Position numbers and translations under genes: made by a program
DNA from: Candidatus Nanopelagicales bacterium
GTDB lineage: Bacteria > Actinomycetota > Actinomycetes > S36-B12
Length of the DNA: 64,000 nt
Assembly (NCBI GenBank): GCA_017857705.1
Contig: JAFMCP010000002.1
Location: 7,506-71,505 of the forward strand
Reading direction: 5' to 3'
In this document: positions 48,768 through 58,409 of the stretch, piece by piece
How positions within the stretch are numbered: position 1 is the stretch's first letter
How the letters are laid out: each line of letters begins with the position of its first letter
The notes under the pieces: generated by a model
Told to the model about the DNA's origin: nothing
Database searches by the model: none
Seen by the model: the letters and a program-made list of their open reading frames with translations, nothing else

Positions 48768-49634
48768 ATGTCCCCATACATTCCGTGGATTGATGCTTGG
48801 GAGTCAGCAGCTTTCGGTCCAGTTGGCTTTTATGGCGAGTTTGGATCTAAAGGAGGGAAACCCTATGAGCATTTTCGTACGGCTGTTGTATCAAATCCGG
48901 ATTTGGCAGCAGAATTGTTTCCATATCTGCTCGAAACTTACAAGCAATGCGGCTCACCTGCGCAATTCTTAGTTCTCGATGTCGGTGGATCCAATGGCTC
49001 ACTCATAAGCAAACTGCAACCATTCATTCATGAAAATGGACTCAACTGGAAAACCCAGATCTTTGATGTATCGAGTGGAGATGCGAGAAGAATCCCGATT
49101 CGTGAAAAGTACGGTGTAGTTATTGCCCATGAACTCTTGGACGATATTCCCACCACCGTTGTTGAATACGACGAGGACCTCCTCCCTCGCATGGTCCTTG
49201 TCGACCCGATTAGCGGTCATGAGCAGCTAGGTGAATCCGTTTCACAAATGGAATTGGAATGGCTAATGCGGTGGTGGCCACAGACCGTGCCTCATGCTCG
49301 CCGCGAAATCGGAATCACTAGAGATCACACTTGGGTTAAATTAGTTGAAATCTTCAGCATGGGTCGAGCAATCGGTATTGATTACTCGCATTCATTGAAC
49401 CAACGGGTCAGTGGATTCTTTGATGCCGGAACCCTTACCGGATATCGACTTGGTGAGTCTGTTCGAGCGATTCCCAATGGCGAAATTAACCTTACCGCTC
49501 ATGTGGCCTTAGATTCCTGCGCAAGTGCCGCAATAGCATCACGTCCGGATATCACGGCCACTTTGATCAAGGAAGTCGATTCTGATCACAATGATTTCCG
49601 GTGGCTCGTGCAGGACTTTGGATCTCGATCATGA
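48768..49634 (+). CDS. MidA/NDUFAF7-like SAM-dependent methyltransferase (DUF185 family)
   Basis: 288 aa. FYGEF...HFRTAV, LVLDVGGSNGSL (SAM glycine loop), GVVIAHELLDDIPTTVVEY and GRAIGIDYSH match my memory of the MidA/COG1565 pattern (GYY..DF.TAP, ElGaG.G.L, aNE..DAlPv, iDYG). Confidence 0.65.
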   Translation: MSPYIPWIDAWESAAFGPVGFYGEFGSKGGKPYEHFRTAVVSNPDLAAELFPYLLETYKQCGSPAQFLVLDVGGSNGSLISKLQPFIHENGLNWKTQIFDVSSGDARRIPIREKYGVVIAHELLDDIPTTVVEYDEDLLPRMVLVDPISGHEQLGESVSQMELEWLMRWWPQTVPHARREIGITRDHTWVKLVEIFSMGRAIGIDYSHSLNQRVSGFFDAGTLTGYRLGESVRAIPNGEINLTAHVALDSCASAAIASRPDITATLIKEVDSDHNDFRWLVQDFGSRS

Positions 49635-49646
49635 AACGATGCGCGC

Positions 49647-50732
49647 ATGCGTAGTGTGGTCGCCGGCATTGGCCTGGCTCCCGGTGAGATCAAAATTGAT
49701 CTAGGTGAGTTTCACCCGAGTGCTCAAGGAGGTTTTCAACTGCACCTGACCATCGATGACGACGTGATCACCAGTGTTGAGCCCCGAATTGGCTTTATGC
49801 ACCGTGGAGCCGAAAAACTTTTCGAGGTACGCGACTACCGGCAAATCATGATGCTGGCTAACCGTCACGACTGGTACGCGCCGTTTACATCCGAACTCGG
49901 GGTGGCCCTGACTCTTGAATCTGCGATGGGAATCCATCCTCCGGAGCGCGCCACCTGGATTCGCATGCTGCTCGCCGAATTCACCCGTATTTCAGCACTA
50001 ATTGCGTTCTTACCAACAACGAAAACTCAGCAACTCCGCAACCAAATAGCCAACCTATTCGAGTCGATCACTGGTAATCGGGTACACCCAATGTACGCGC
50101 GCATTGGCGGAGTTGCTCACGATATTCCTAAAGACACCTCCCAGCAAAGTCACTTGATTATTTGTGAATTTCAGGAGGTTCTCCCCACTTTCATTGAAAA
50201 CCTGAATCGAAGTGAACTGCACGGATTGGCGGTGCTGTCCACCGCTGATTCGATTTCATTTGGCGCCAGTGGACCTGTGGCATGGGCCAGCGGGCTTCAC
50301 AACGATCTCCGATTCGACACTGATTACCTGAGATACAAAGAATTAGGTGTCGCCAAGCCAGAGGTCTACAGCGATGGGGATGCATACTCTCGCTTTCTAG
50401 CCTTAATTGATCAAGTCACACTGAGCACTACTTTGATTGAAGAAATATTGTCACAACTTGAAAGAACACATGGTTCGGATGTCAACGTGGTGCTCCCCAA
50501 GGTTGTACGCGCACCAGAAGGAAACTCTTATACCTGGGTTGACGGGCCAACAGGAATTAATGGCTGGTATTTGGTAAGTGCCGGGGAGAAAACTCCATGG
50601 CGGCTAAAATTGCGGTCTGCTTCATTTAATAATTTCCAGGCACTTGTTCCCACACTGGTAGGCCACCGCCTAGATCAACTGCCGAATGCACTCAGCAGTA
50701 TGTTTTTAGTTATTGGTGACTTGGATCGTTAG
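49647..50732 (+). CDS. Orphan NuoD / 49-kDa-subunit-like paralogue (shortened, quinone-site residues substituted)
   Basis: 361 aa. Aligns by eye along its whole length with the canonical NuoD at 3705-5045: HPSAQGGF versus [18 protein letters not shown] versus [14 protein letters not shown] versus RMDY, SASFNNFQAL versus [10 protein letters not shown], and a C-terminal GDLDR versus GGVDR. Confidence 0.8.
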   Translation: MRSVVAGIGLAPGEIKIDLGEFHPSAQGGFQLHLTIDDDVITSVEPRIGFMHRGAEKLFEVRDYRQIMMLANRHDWYAPFTSELGVALTLESAMGIHPPERATWIRMLLAEFTRISALIAFLPTTKTQQLRNQIANLFESITGNRVHPMYARIGGVAHDIPKDTSQQSHLIICEFQEVLPTFIENLNRSELHGLAVLSTADSISFGASGPVAWASGLHNDLRFDTDYLRYKELGVAKPEVYSDGDAYSRFLALIDQVTLSTTLIEEILSQLERTHGSDVNVVLPKVVRAPEGNSYTWVDGPTGINGWYLVSAGEKTPWRLKLRSASFNNFQALVPTLVGHRLDQLPNALSSMFLVIGDLDR

Positions 50733-51006
50733 CCCGAATATAGGTAGCGAATCGAGCTCGCAGCAGTGTTTCCATATCGGGATCGATTTCGCCGTGACCA
50801 AACATTTGTTTTGCGGCTCGTACGGTTTCAATAAATGTCCCGCCAATTGAACCGAGATCTCCACCCTCGCCCTCAATCGCGATCATTCCTGGCATGTGCG
50901 AGAAAACGTCGGTGAAGAAACCGATATCCAGTTTCTTTTCTGCAAGATGAAAGGCCTGATGTCGCAGATCGTCGAAGGGCAAGTCTTCAAGCGTGGGTTC
51001 ACTCAT
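50710..51006 (-). CDS. Hypothetical acidic protein
   Basis: 98 aa ORF. Its 3' end overlaps the NuoD-like gene's 3' end convergently by 23 nt. No recognisable family. Confidence 0.45.
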   Translation of the reverse strand: MSEPTLEDLPFDDLRHQAFHLAEKKLDIGFFTDVFSHMPGMIAIEGEGGDLGSIGGTFIETVRAAKQMFGHGEIDPDMETLLRARFATYIRANDPSHQ

Positions 51007-51024
51007 GGGAGCAGAGTACTTTGA

Positions 51025-51486
51025 TCACTTATCTGAGGTTGTGCCCTGGTCTCTAGCGACGCACAGGCTTTCCAGCCACAGCGACGAAATAACGAGCAGC
51101 ACCCCACCCAATGCAGCTAGGAAGCTATTCAGGGTGGCGCTCCAGCCGGCCGGGGTATCAAAACTGCTCATTGAGGTAAGCGACACCCCAGCATAGAAAC
51201 CGGCGATGACAGCTCCGGTTCTGCTCCCCGCAAGCGCCAACACCGCAATCCGAGCCGCAGCTAATGGCGGGAAAGGTCTTGCTCCGGGCTCCCGTTTAAG
51301 GCGCGGCCTTGCGAAATAGGTCCAGATCCCGAATCCAGCGCCCAGAATCCACAACGCACCGGCAGCCATGGCCGGAACGGGGAGGGATCGTGAACTTTGA
51401 CCCATGACAATTTGAGTGAACGCAAATCCAATTGCCATCGCAATCAAGGCGAAGACTACGAGTCGAGAGATCTTTGTGGTTTGCAT
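51025..51486 (-). CDS. DUF3180-like four-TM membrane protein
   Basis: 153 aa, four hydrophobic helices. Conserved position directly downstream of folK in Actinobacteria. 1-nt overlap with folK. Confidence 0.7.
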   Translation of the reverse strand: MQTTKISRLVVFALIAMAIGFAFTQIVMGQSSRSLPVPAMAAGALWILGAGFGIWTYFARPRLKREPGARPFPPLAAARIAVLALAGSRTGAVIAGFYAGVSLTSMSSFDTPAGWSATLNSFLAALGGVLLVISSLWLESLCVARDQGTTSDK

Positions 51487-51992
51487 TATCCTTCCAGCCC
51501 AATCTCAAGTTGTTCAATTTCTTGCATCGATGACCACAATTTGTTAACCGGACCTTCCCCAGGAAGTTCCATGAACTGGGCGTTCACATTCATCGCTGCC
51601 CACGGCGCGGTAACGAATACCCGCTCCCACGCGCGCGGATGCGGGAGAGTCAGGATTGGGTCTGCACTTATTACAGGGACTCCATTTTCCCAGAGAGCAA
51701 TGACGTCTAGGTCCAAAGTCCTTGGCCCCCAACGGACTTCACGGGTCCTAGATTGAGCATTCTCCACTTCATGAAGTTTGTTAAGAATTTCACGCCCTGA
51801 CAGTTTGGTGTCGAAAAGAGCCACAGCATTAATAAAATCGTCCTGCTCGACTCCACCGACCGGCTTACTCCGATAGAGATTCGAACTTGCGATGGGTGTC
51901 CACACGCGGGAAAGTTCCTGGTAGGCAACTCTCACCGATTCAACAGGGTCACCCAGATTCGCACCGAAAGCAACGAGAACAGTGTTTGTCAT
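51486..51992 (-). CDS. folK: 2-Amino-4-hydroxy-6-hydroxymethyldihydropteridine diphosphokinase
   Basis: 168 aa. VAFGANLGD, GPRTLDLDV and PHPR motifs. Confidence 0.9.
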   Translation of the reverse strand: MTNTVLVAFGANLGDPVESVRVAYQELSRVWTPIASSNLYRSKPVGGVEQDDFINAVALFDTKLSGREILNKLHEVENAQSRTREVRWGPRTLDLDVIALWENGVPVISADPILTLPHPRAWERVFVTAPWAAMNVNAQFMELPGEGPVNKLWSSMQEIEQLEIGLEG

Positions 51993-53173
51993 GAGTCGAC
52001 AAATTTGGCTCGAGTGACAATCACGTCACCGAACTCACCCTCAATTGGTGCATCCGGCTTATGAACTCGGATCTTGGCAAAAACTACTTGGGGAAAGGCA
52101 AGGCAATCGGTGGCAATCAGTTCGGCAAGTTTTTCAATTAGGTCTACTGGTTCTCCAGAAATTCGCGCGCGGATTGAATCCGCCACTTCAGCGTAATTTA
52201 CGGTGTCAGCAAGATTGTCTGTGTGGGCAGCATGTGAAATTGAAAGCCCCAAGGTTGCATCGACACTGAAATATTGGCCGTTTATCCGTTCGTGTTCGAG
52301 TACGCCATGACGGCCAAATTCACGTAGCCCCAGTAACTCAATTGAGTCAATTGGGGGATTTGGATTGATCGCGCACAAGGCTTTATAAGCATCACTGGTT
52401 GCCTGGACGTCATGGACTCGAACACCCCATGCTCCGCGTTGCAGAAGATAAGCGGATGTGGTCGCAGATGCGACTTCACGGATACCCACGTCTCGTGGTT
52501 TTCCTTCGTCGTCTGATAGCAGAGTTCCCAGGAATCTCTTACGTGATACTCCCACAAGTAACGGGTGACCGCCTGCAAGGAGAGCATCGAGATTTCTCAA
52601 TAGTTCCCAGTTGTGCTCAGAGTCTTTGCCAAAACCAATGCCGGGATCCAAAATGATGTTGCCTCGCTGGATTCCTGCACCCAGTGCTGCCTTTGCTCGA
52701 TCCTGTAATTCTGAACAAACTTCAGCAACGGCACTGTCGTAATGAGTATTCTCTTGCATCGTCTTGCTCGGCCCACGCCAATGCATCAGCACAATCGGAA
52801 CCCCTAGACGTGCAACGACAGTAAACATCTGTGGATCTGCGAGACCGCCACTTACGTCATTCACCATTCGTGCACCCACGGCAATGGCAGCTTCTGCGAC
52901 CTCAGAGCGCATAGTGTCAATGCTGACGTAGATACCCTGTGCGCAGATTTGCTCTACAACGGGAATAACTCGTGCCAGTTCAGTTTCTAGCGAAATTCTT
53001 TCGGCTCCAGGACGAGTGGACTCTCCCCCAATATCAATGATGCTCGCCCCATTAGCCACCATTGAGGTCGCGGCTTCAACAGCTGACTTCACTGAATCAA
53101 ATTGGCCACCATCGGAAAATGAGTCCGGTGTCAAATTTAAGATCCCCATAATGACCGGGGCATGGACAAGCAT
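51989..53173 (-). CDS. Fused dihydropteroate synthase / dihydroneopterin aldolase
   Basis: 394 aa. N-terminal ~270 aa are DHPS (GILNLTPDSFSDGG, IIDIGGESTRPG, VRVHDV). C-terminal ~120 aa are FolB (IELLGLREFGRHGVLEHERINGQYFSVD). Confidence 0.85.
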   Translation of the reverse strand: MLVHAPVIMGILNLTPDSFSDGGQFDSVKSAVEAATSMVANGASIIDIGGESTRPGAERISLETELARVIPVVEQICAQGIYVSIDTMRSEVAEAAIAVGARMVNDVSGGLADPQMFTVVARLGVPIVLMHWRGPSKTMQENTHYDSAVAEVCSELQDRAKAALGAGIQRGNIILDPGIGFGKDSEHNWELLRNLDALLAGGHPLLVGVSRKRFLGTLLSDDEGKPRDVGIREVASATTSAYLLQRGAWGVRVHDVQATSDAYKALCAINPNPPIDSIELLGLREFGRHGVLEHERINGQYFSVDATLGLSISHAAHTDNLADTVNYAEVADSIRARISGEPVDLIEKLAELIATDCLAFPQVVFAKIRVHKPDAPIEGEFGDVIVTRAKFVDS

Positions 53174-53178
53174 CGACG

Positions 53179-53790
53179 TTAGAGTCCAGTGATTAACGTC
53201 ATGGCTTCGGAACGCGTTGCAGCGTCTCGCAATGAGCCTCGCACGACACTAGTGGTCGTGACTGCCCCCGGCTTGCGCACTCCGCGCAGCGACATGCACA
53301 TGTGTTCTGCTTCCAGAATCACTATTGCACCCCTTGGCTGCAAAATATTCATCACTGAATCCGCTATCTGGCCCGTCAATCGCTCCTGAACCTGGGGACG
53401 CTGGGCGAAAACATCGGTAACGCGAGCAAGTTTGGAGAGCCCGGTAATTCGGCCATTCTCATTGGGAATGTATCCAATATGAGCGTGTCCATAAAAAGGC
53501 AGTAAGTGATGCTCACACATGCTGTTGAAATTAATGTCTTTCACAATTACCAGTTCGTCGTGGCCGAGATCAAATGTTGTGGTGAGGACTTCTTCTGGTG
53601 TTTTGTGCAGTCCACCAAAAATTTCGGCATATCCGCGAGCAACCCGAGCCGGGGTATCAATGAGGCCAGGTCGATCCGGGTCTTCTCCGATTGCGATCAA
53701 CAAATCACGTGTTGCTTTTTCCACACCCGCGTAGTTGTAGGGAGATTTGGGCCCTGGGCTGGTGATACTGATTGGATTGATGTCACTCAT
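53179..53790 (-). CDS. folE: GTP cyclohydrolase I
   Basis: 203 aa. CEHHLLPF and [12 protein letters not shown] motifs. Confidence 0.95.
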   Translation of the reverse strand: MSDINPISITSPGPKSPYNYAGVEKATRDLLIAIGEDPDRPGLIDTPARVARGYAEIFGGLHKTPEEVLTTTFDLGHDELVIVKDINFNSMCEHHLLPFYGHAHIGYIPNENGRITGLSKLARVTDVFAQRPQVQERLTGQIADSVMNILQPRGAIVILEAEHMCMSLRGVRKPGAVTTTSVVRGSLRDAATRSEAMTLITGL

Positions 53791-53802
53791 TATGCGTCGA
53801 AA

Positions 53803-55728
53803 CTATACATTGGATTTTGCGACATCGAGGGCGGGTACTTCGACCGGTCCACTAATGTCTGGCGTTCGACGTGCCGAACCTGTCCAAGCTCCACGGGGCT
53901 CGCGTAAATTCAATTCGGCGAAGATCTCAGCAATCTCTTCCTTTTGAAGTGTCTCGCGCTCCATCAGGGCTACCACGATTGCATCAAGCGCGTCCCTATT
54001 GGCAACGAGGAGGTCGTAGGCCTCTTGATGCGCAGTTTCAATAAAAGCCCGAACTTCTTCGTCGATCGCGGCAGCAACCTCCTCGGAGAAGTCACGGGTG
54101 TGACCCATGTCGCGACCCATGAACACTTCGCCCTGCTCTTGACCGTATTTGATAGCTCCCAATCGCTCGGTCATGCCGTATTGCATCACCATGGCGCGCG
54201 CGACGGCTGTTGCTTTTTCAATGTCGTTGGATGCACCGGTCGTCGGATCATGAAAAATTAATTCCTCGGCTGCACGACCGCCAAGCATGTATGCCAATTG
54301 ATTGAGCATCTGGCTACGGGTGGTGGAGTATTTTTCTTGATCGGGTAGCACCATGGTGTATCCGAGTGCACGCCCACGAGGCATGATCGTGATTTTATGG
54401 ACGGGATCGTTTCCGGGTAGCGCCGCAGCAACAAGTGCGTGTCCTGCTTCATGGTAGGCAGTGATCAGTCGCTCTTCATGGTCCATGGCTCGAGTGCGCT
54501 TTTGCGGACCGGCCATGACACGATCAATTGCTTCATCCATGATCACATTGGTGATTTCAGACGCGCCTTCACGTGCGGTGAGTAACGCGGCTTCGTTGAG
54601 CACGTTGGCCAGATCAGCACCTGTAAACCCCGGGGTTCTCCGGGCCACATTCATCATTTCCACGTCTTCGCAGAAGGGTTTGCCCTTTGCGTGCACCTTA
54701 AGAATTTCATATCGGCCCTTAAGGTCGGGGCGCTCGACCGCTATTTGTCGATCAAAGCGACCGGGGCGAAGCAGCGCCGGATCCAAGATGTCCGGGCGGT
54801 TAGTCGCCGCGATCATGATTACTCCGCCTGAAACGTCAAAGCCATCCATTTCAACGAGCATCTGGTTGAGAGTTTGCTCGCGCTCGTCGTGACCGCCGCC
54901 CATTCCCGCACCACGATGCCGACCAACTGCATCAATTTCGTCCATGAAGATAATTGCTGGCGCGTTGGCCTTTGCCTGTTCAAAAAGATCGCGTACCCGA
55001 CTTGCCCCGACACCGACGAACATTTCCACAAAGTCAGAACCCGAAATCGAGTAGAAGGGAACCCCTGCCTCACCGGCAACTGCACGAGCTAGAAGGGTTT
55101 TACCCGTTCCCGGTGGCCCATAAAGCAATACACCCTTGGGGATCTTGGCGCCTACTGCTTTAAATTTTTCGGGATCTTGAAGGAATTCTTTGATCTCCTC
55201 GAGTTCTTCGACGGCCTCTGCCGCACCTGCAACGTCTGCAAATGTGGTTTGGGGCATGTCCTTGCTCACCAGTTTGGCTTTTGACTTGCCAAACTGCATT
55301 AACTTGGAGCCACCACCCTGCATTTGGGAGAAAATGAAAACCATGATGAGAACCAAAAGAATGAAGGGTACCAGCGAGATTATGAGGGTAAAGAAAATGT
55401 TTTCTGATGGAACAACGACGTTGTAACCGCCGGGGAGCGCTCCAGAGTCGGCCTTGACCTGCAATAACTCCTGAAGAACAATGCCTTGACCCGTGACGTA
55501 GGTGCTGCGAATTGTTTCACCGTTTTTGAGAACGAGTTCGAGAACTTGATCACGATCGGTGATGGTTGCCGTATCAACATTGCCACTGGAAATTTCCGAG
55601 ATCGCAACGCTTGTGTCCACTTCATCTGGCGCGCCAAGCCCTGAAATAAGGCTTGAGCCCACGAGAACAAAAATGATCGCGATGGCGATCCAGAAAATTG
55701 GCCCCCGCAAAATCCTTTTGAAATCCAC
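53803..55728 (-). CDS. ftsH: ATP-dependent zinc metalloprotease FtsH
   Basis: 641 aa, GTG start. Walker A GPPGTGKT, second region of homology, and HEAGHAL zinc motif. Confidence 0.95.
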   Translation of the reverse strand: MDFKRILRGPIFWIAIAIIFVLVGSSLISGLGAPDEVDTSVAISEISSGNVDTATITDRDQVLELVLKNGETIRSTYVTGQGIVLQELLQVKADSGALPGGYNVVVPSENIFFTLIISLVPFILLVLIMVFIFSQMQGGGSKLMQFGKSKAKLVSKDMPQTTFADVAGAAEAVEELEEIKEFLQDPEKFKAVGAKIPKGVLLYGPPGTGKTLLARAVAGEAGVPFYSISGSDFVEMFVGVGASRVRDLFEQAKANAPAIIFMDEIDAVGRHRGAGMGGGHDEREQTLNQMLVEMDGFDVSGGVIMIAATNRPDILDPALLRPGRFDRQIAVERPDLKGRYEILKVHAKGKPFCEDVEMMNVARRTPGFTGADLANVLNEAALLTAREGASEITNVIMDEAIDRVMAGPQKRTRAMDHEERLITAYHEAGHALVAAALPGNDPVHKITIMPRGRALGYTMVLPDQEKYSTTRSQMLNQLAYMLGGRAAEELIFHDPTTGASNDIEKATAVARAMVMQYGMTERLGAIKYGQEQGEVFMGRDMGHTRDFSEEVAAAIDEEVRAFIETAHQEAYDLLVANRDALDAIVVALMERETLQKEEIAEIFAELNLREPRGAWTGSARRTPDISGPVEVPALDVAKSNV

Positions 55729-55843
55729 CTAGCCACGGTACTACGCCCCCGGGCGATCGAATGCTCTGCACTAAGGGTTATGCGTTGGGCGAAAAGGTCG
55801 TTTCCCTGAGGGGGATCCCCTGGGCCGAGGCCATTCGAAGGTC

Positions 55844-56401
55844 TCAGGATTCGTAGACGTGGGGCGCCAGCGTTCCTATTGATCGCAGATTTCGGTAGTT
55901 CTGGTCAAAGTCCAATCCGTAGCCCACCACAAATTCATTCGGGATATCAAAACCGACATATTTTGCGTCAACTTTCATTTTCATGCCCTCTGGCTTTCGC
56001 AGGAGTGTAAATACTTCAAGGGACTTTGGCTTTCGAGAACCCAAATTTTTGAGCAACCAGGTCAGGGTTAGCCCGGAGTCAAGGATATCTTCGACGACTA
56101 AGACATTACAGCCAGCAATATCAGTGTCAAGATCTTTCAGAATTCGAACAACACCGCTGGAGGTTGTTCCTGAGCCATAGGAAGAAACCGCCATCCAATC
56201 CATATGTGCCTGACGAGGGAGTGCCCGCGCTAAGTCGGCCATCACCATCACTGCACCCTTGAGAACGCCTACCAGCAGCAGGTCCTCATCCGCGGGATAG
56301 TCAGCAGCAATTTGATTGGCTAACTCGGCGATCCGGCCGTGTAATTGCCCTTCAGTGAGGAGTACATGATCTAGTTGACCTTCGATATCTCCTGCGTCCA
56401 C
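55844..56401 (-). CDS. hpt: Hypoxanthine phosphoribosyltransferase
   Basis: 185 aa. PRPP motif [13 protein letters not shown]. Confidence 0.95.
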   Translation of the reverse strand: MDAGDIEGQLDHVLLTEGQLHGRIAELANQIAADYPADEDLLLVGVLKGAVMVMADLARALPRQAHMDWMAVSSYGSGTTSSGVVRILKDLDTDIAGCNVLVVEDILDSGLTLTWLLKNLGSRKPKSLEVFTLLRKPEGMKMKVDAKYVGFDIPNEFVVGYGLDFDQNYRNLRSIGTLAPHVYES

Positions 56402-56404
56402 GCA

Positions 56405-57403
56405 TTACTCCTTTTGGTTACCCCGATTAAGCACTAGCCTTCCACATTCCCTCTTCGCGGTCACACCCAATGGCAAAGCAATCCCACCTTGCCCGGACCA
56501 GCGTGAAATGAGCGCTTCAATACTCATGACATGTTGGTGCGTCAGTGGAGAATTTTCGCGAGATCCAGTAGTCAAGCGATCAAAGCACAATTTAATGAGT
56601 CGAGTGCGGATCGCACTTGGAAGGTTTTCTAATTCCTCAATACTCACACTGACATAAAACCGTGATGTTTCAGCCGTCTGAAAGCACTGTGCGGCGATCT
56701 GGTCAAGGGCCTGGTCATCAAAACGCAACATGTCTGAGGTGCGCACAAGTCCCGCAATAATTGATGGACCGAATTCTTCGCTCAACAAGTCAAGATGCTT
56801 GCGCATTTTCACTCGAGAAAAACCATCATCAAAATTATGTGGATCCCGCCAAGGGGTGATTCCTAGAGGAGCCAGCAGTTCATCGCTCGCCTGTTCAATT
56901 TCGCCACGCAGATGAGACAAAAACGGGCGGTGCCAAGTTTTCGTGCACGCCGACATTGCTGACAGGCTATGTGCTCCTGACCCACGAAGCAGTCGGAGCA
57001 ACACAGTTTCGGCCTGGTCGTTGGCAGTGTGACCGAGCAGGATTGGGCGTCCATTCGCTACATCCAAGAGCGCAGAACGCCTTGCAGTTCGAGCCGCCAT
57101 TTCTATTCCGCCATCAGTGCCAACGACAACATTACAAATCTCAACCGAAGTGGCACCCAGCCTCGTCGCGGCTATAGCGGCGCTGCTCGCAATTTCACCG
57201 GAACCAGCTTGAAGGCCGTGGTCAACAATCACAGACTGCACCGTAAAACCAGATCGCTCTCCAACCCAAACCGCGACTGCTGTGAGCACGAGCGAGTCGA
57301 CGCCACCGGAAAGCCCAACAACGACTGACTTGGTGTTGGGTTCCAAACATGCCTTAACACTGTTACGCAGGGCAACTACTGTTTGAGACGAAGGCTTAAT
57401 CAT
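56405..57403 (-). CDS. tilS: tRNA(Ile)-lysidine synthase
   Basis: PP-loop VGLSGGVDS. I chose the start at MIKPSSQT (ATG 57403, just after the upstream stop). Confidence 0.9.
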   Translation of the reverse strand: MIKPSSQTVVALRNSVKACLEPNTKSVVVGLSGGVDSLVLTAVAVWVGERSGFTVQSVIVDHGLQAGSGEIASSAAIAATRLGATSVEICNVVVGTDGGIEMAARTARRSALLDVANGRPILLGHTANDQAETVLLRLLRGSGAHSLSAMSACTKTWHRPFLSHLRGEIEQASDELLAPLGITPWRDPHNFDDGFSRVKMRKHLDLLSEEFGPSIIAGLVRTSDMLRFDDQALDQIAAQCFQTAETSRFYVSVSIEELENLPSAIRTRLIKLCFDRLTTGSRENSPLTHQHVMSIEALISRWSGQGGIALPLGVTAKRECGRLVLNRGNQKE

Positions 57404-58409
57404 GGTGGTTAAGAATTCTCTTTCGCCAGATCCCTGGATTCTCAATCTCCGCTATTGATGGCAAATTCTCAGGCGATGCCCACACAACATTGAAGTCCGC
57501 GATTCCCATTTCCGCGACACAGCTGCTGACAAAGACTTCACCTTTTCGGTATTGCATAAGTTTTTCGTCCATACCGAGAATCCGGGTTATCAGTTTCTTG
57601 TTTGAATCACGTCGGACTTCAAACTTCTGCCGAATCTCAGTGACGCTGGGAACAAGATCAGGTCCACCCTGATCCATCACATAGTCGGCGTGGCCCTCTA
57701 ACAGGGTCAGCAGGGCGACAATCCTTCGGTAGATCCTGACTTGATCATCACTTTGAACGAGTTCGATCACACTTGAACCGTCATTGCGGATCAAAGCATT
57801 AATGACCTGAATGAGACGCCACGGGTAGGCGCGCCCCGATAGTTTTTCGGCACCAATCATTTCCTTAATCAAATCAATGAAATGGCCCTGCATCCAGGGG
57901 ACTGCACCGAACTGAAGCCGATGGGTTTCCTCATGCAGGCACACCCACAGTTGAAAGTCGCGTTCGTCAACGTCGAGGGATTGCGCAACTTGGGTGATAT
58001 TTGGGGCCACCAAGAGTAAACGTCCAGGATTGACCAAAGCCTCGTATTGACCCAACACTTTCCCCGATGCCCACCCCAGGGCCAATCCCGTTTGAATGGC
58101 ACCTGCTCTGTCTGCAAGTGGGTTGCCGTCATCGCCCTCCTCCAAGGCGATCTGCGCAATCACACCTAATGCATTCATATTCGATTCAACCCAGCCCACT
58201 CGATCCACAACAACGGTTTCGTGGGTCACTGGGGCTTCAAGTAGTGAGATAGCGGTCATTTCTCGGGTTGCAACTTGAGCGAGTTCGCGTAGCGACGCAA
58301 CAACCTGGCCAGCATGAGCCGAACTGACCTCAGGGCCCCTAGGCATGGTGCGCCGCGATGCCCTTCGGATGAGATCCGGATGTGGAATCGGGCTCACAAG
58401 CATCCACAT
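57396..58409 (-). CDS. Zinc-dependent metalloprotease (DUF2342-type)
   Basis: 337 aa with HEETHRLQF (HExxH). Conserved position between dacB and tilS, as in mycobacteria. Confidence 0.75.
   Translation of the reverse strand: MWMLVSPIPHPDLIRRASRRTMPRGPEVSSAHAGQVVASLRELAQVATREMTAISLLEAPVTHETVVVDRVGWVESNMNALGVIAQIALEEGDDGNPLADRAGAIQTGLALGWASGKVLGQYEALVNPGRLLLVAPNITQVAQSLDVDERDFQLWVCLHEETHRLQFGAVPWMQGHFIDLIKEMIGAEKLSGRAYPWRLIQVINALIRNDGSSVIELVQSDDQVRIYRRIVALLTLLEGHADYVMDQGGPDLVPSVTEIRQKFEVRRDSNKKLITRILGMDEKLMQYRKGEVFVSSCVAEMGIADFNVVWASPENLPSIAEIENPGIWRKRILNHHD

Noticed and set aside
55811-55820. GGGGATCCCC palindrome between hpt and ftsH, considered as a possible terminator.
   Set aside because: As a hairpin it leaves only a 3-bp stem with a 4-nt loop, and no U-tract follows. 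That is not convincing.
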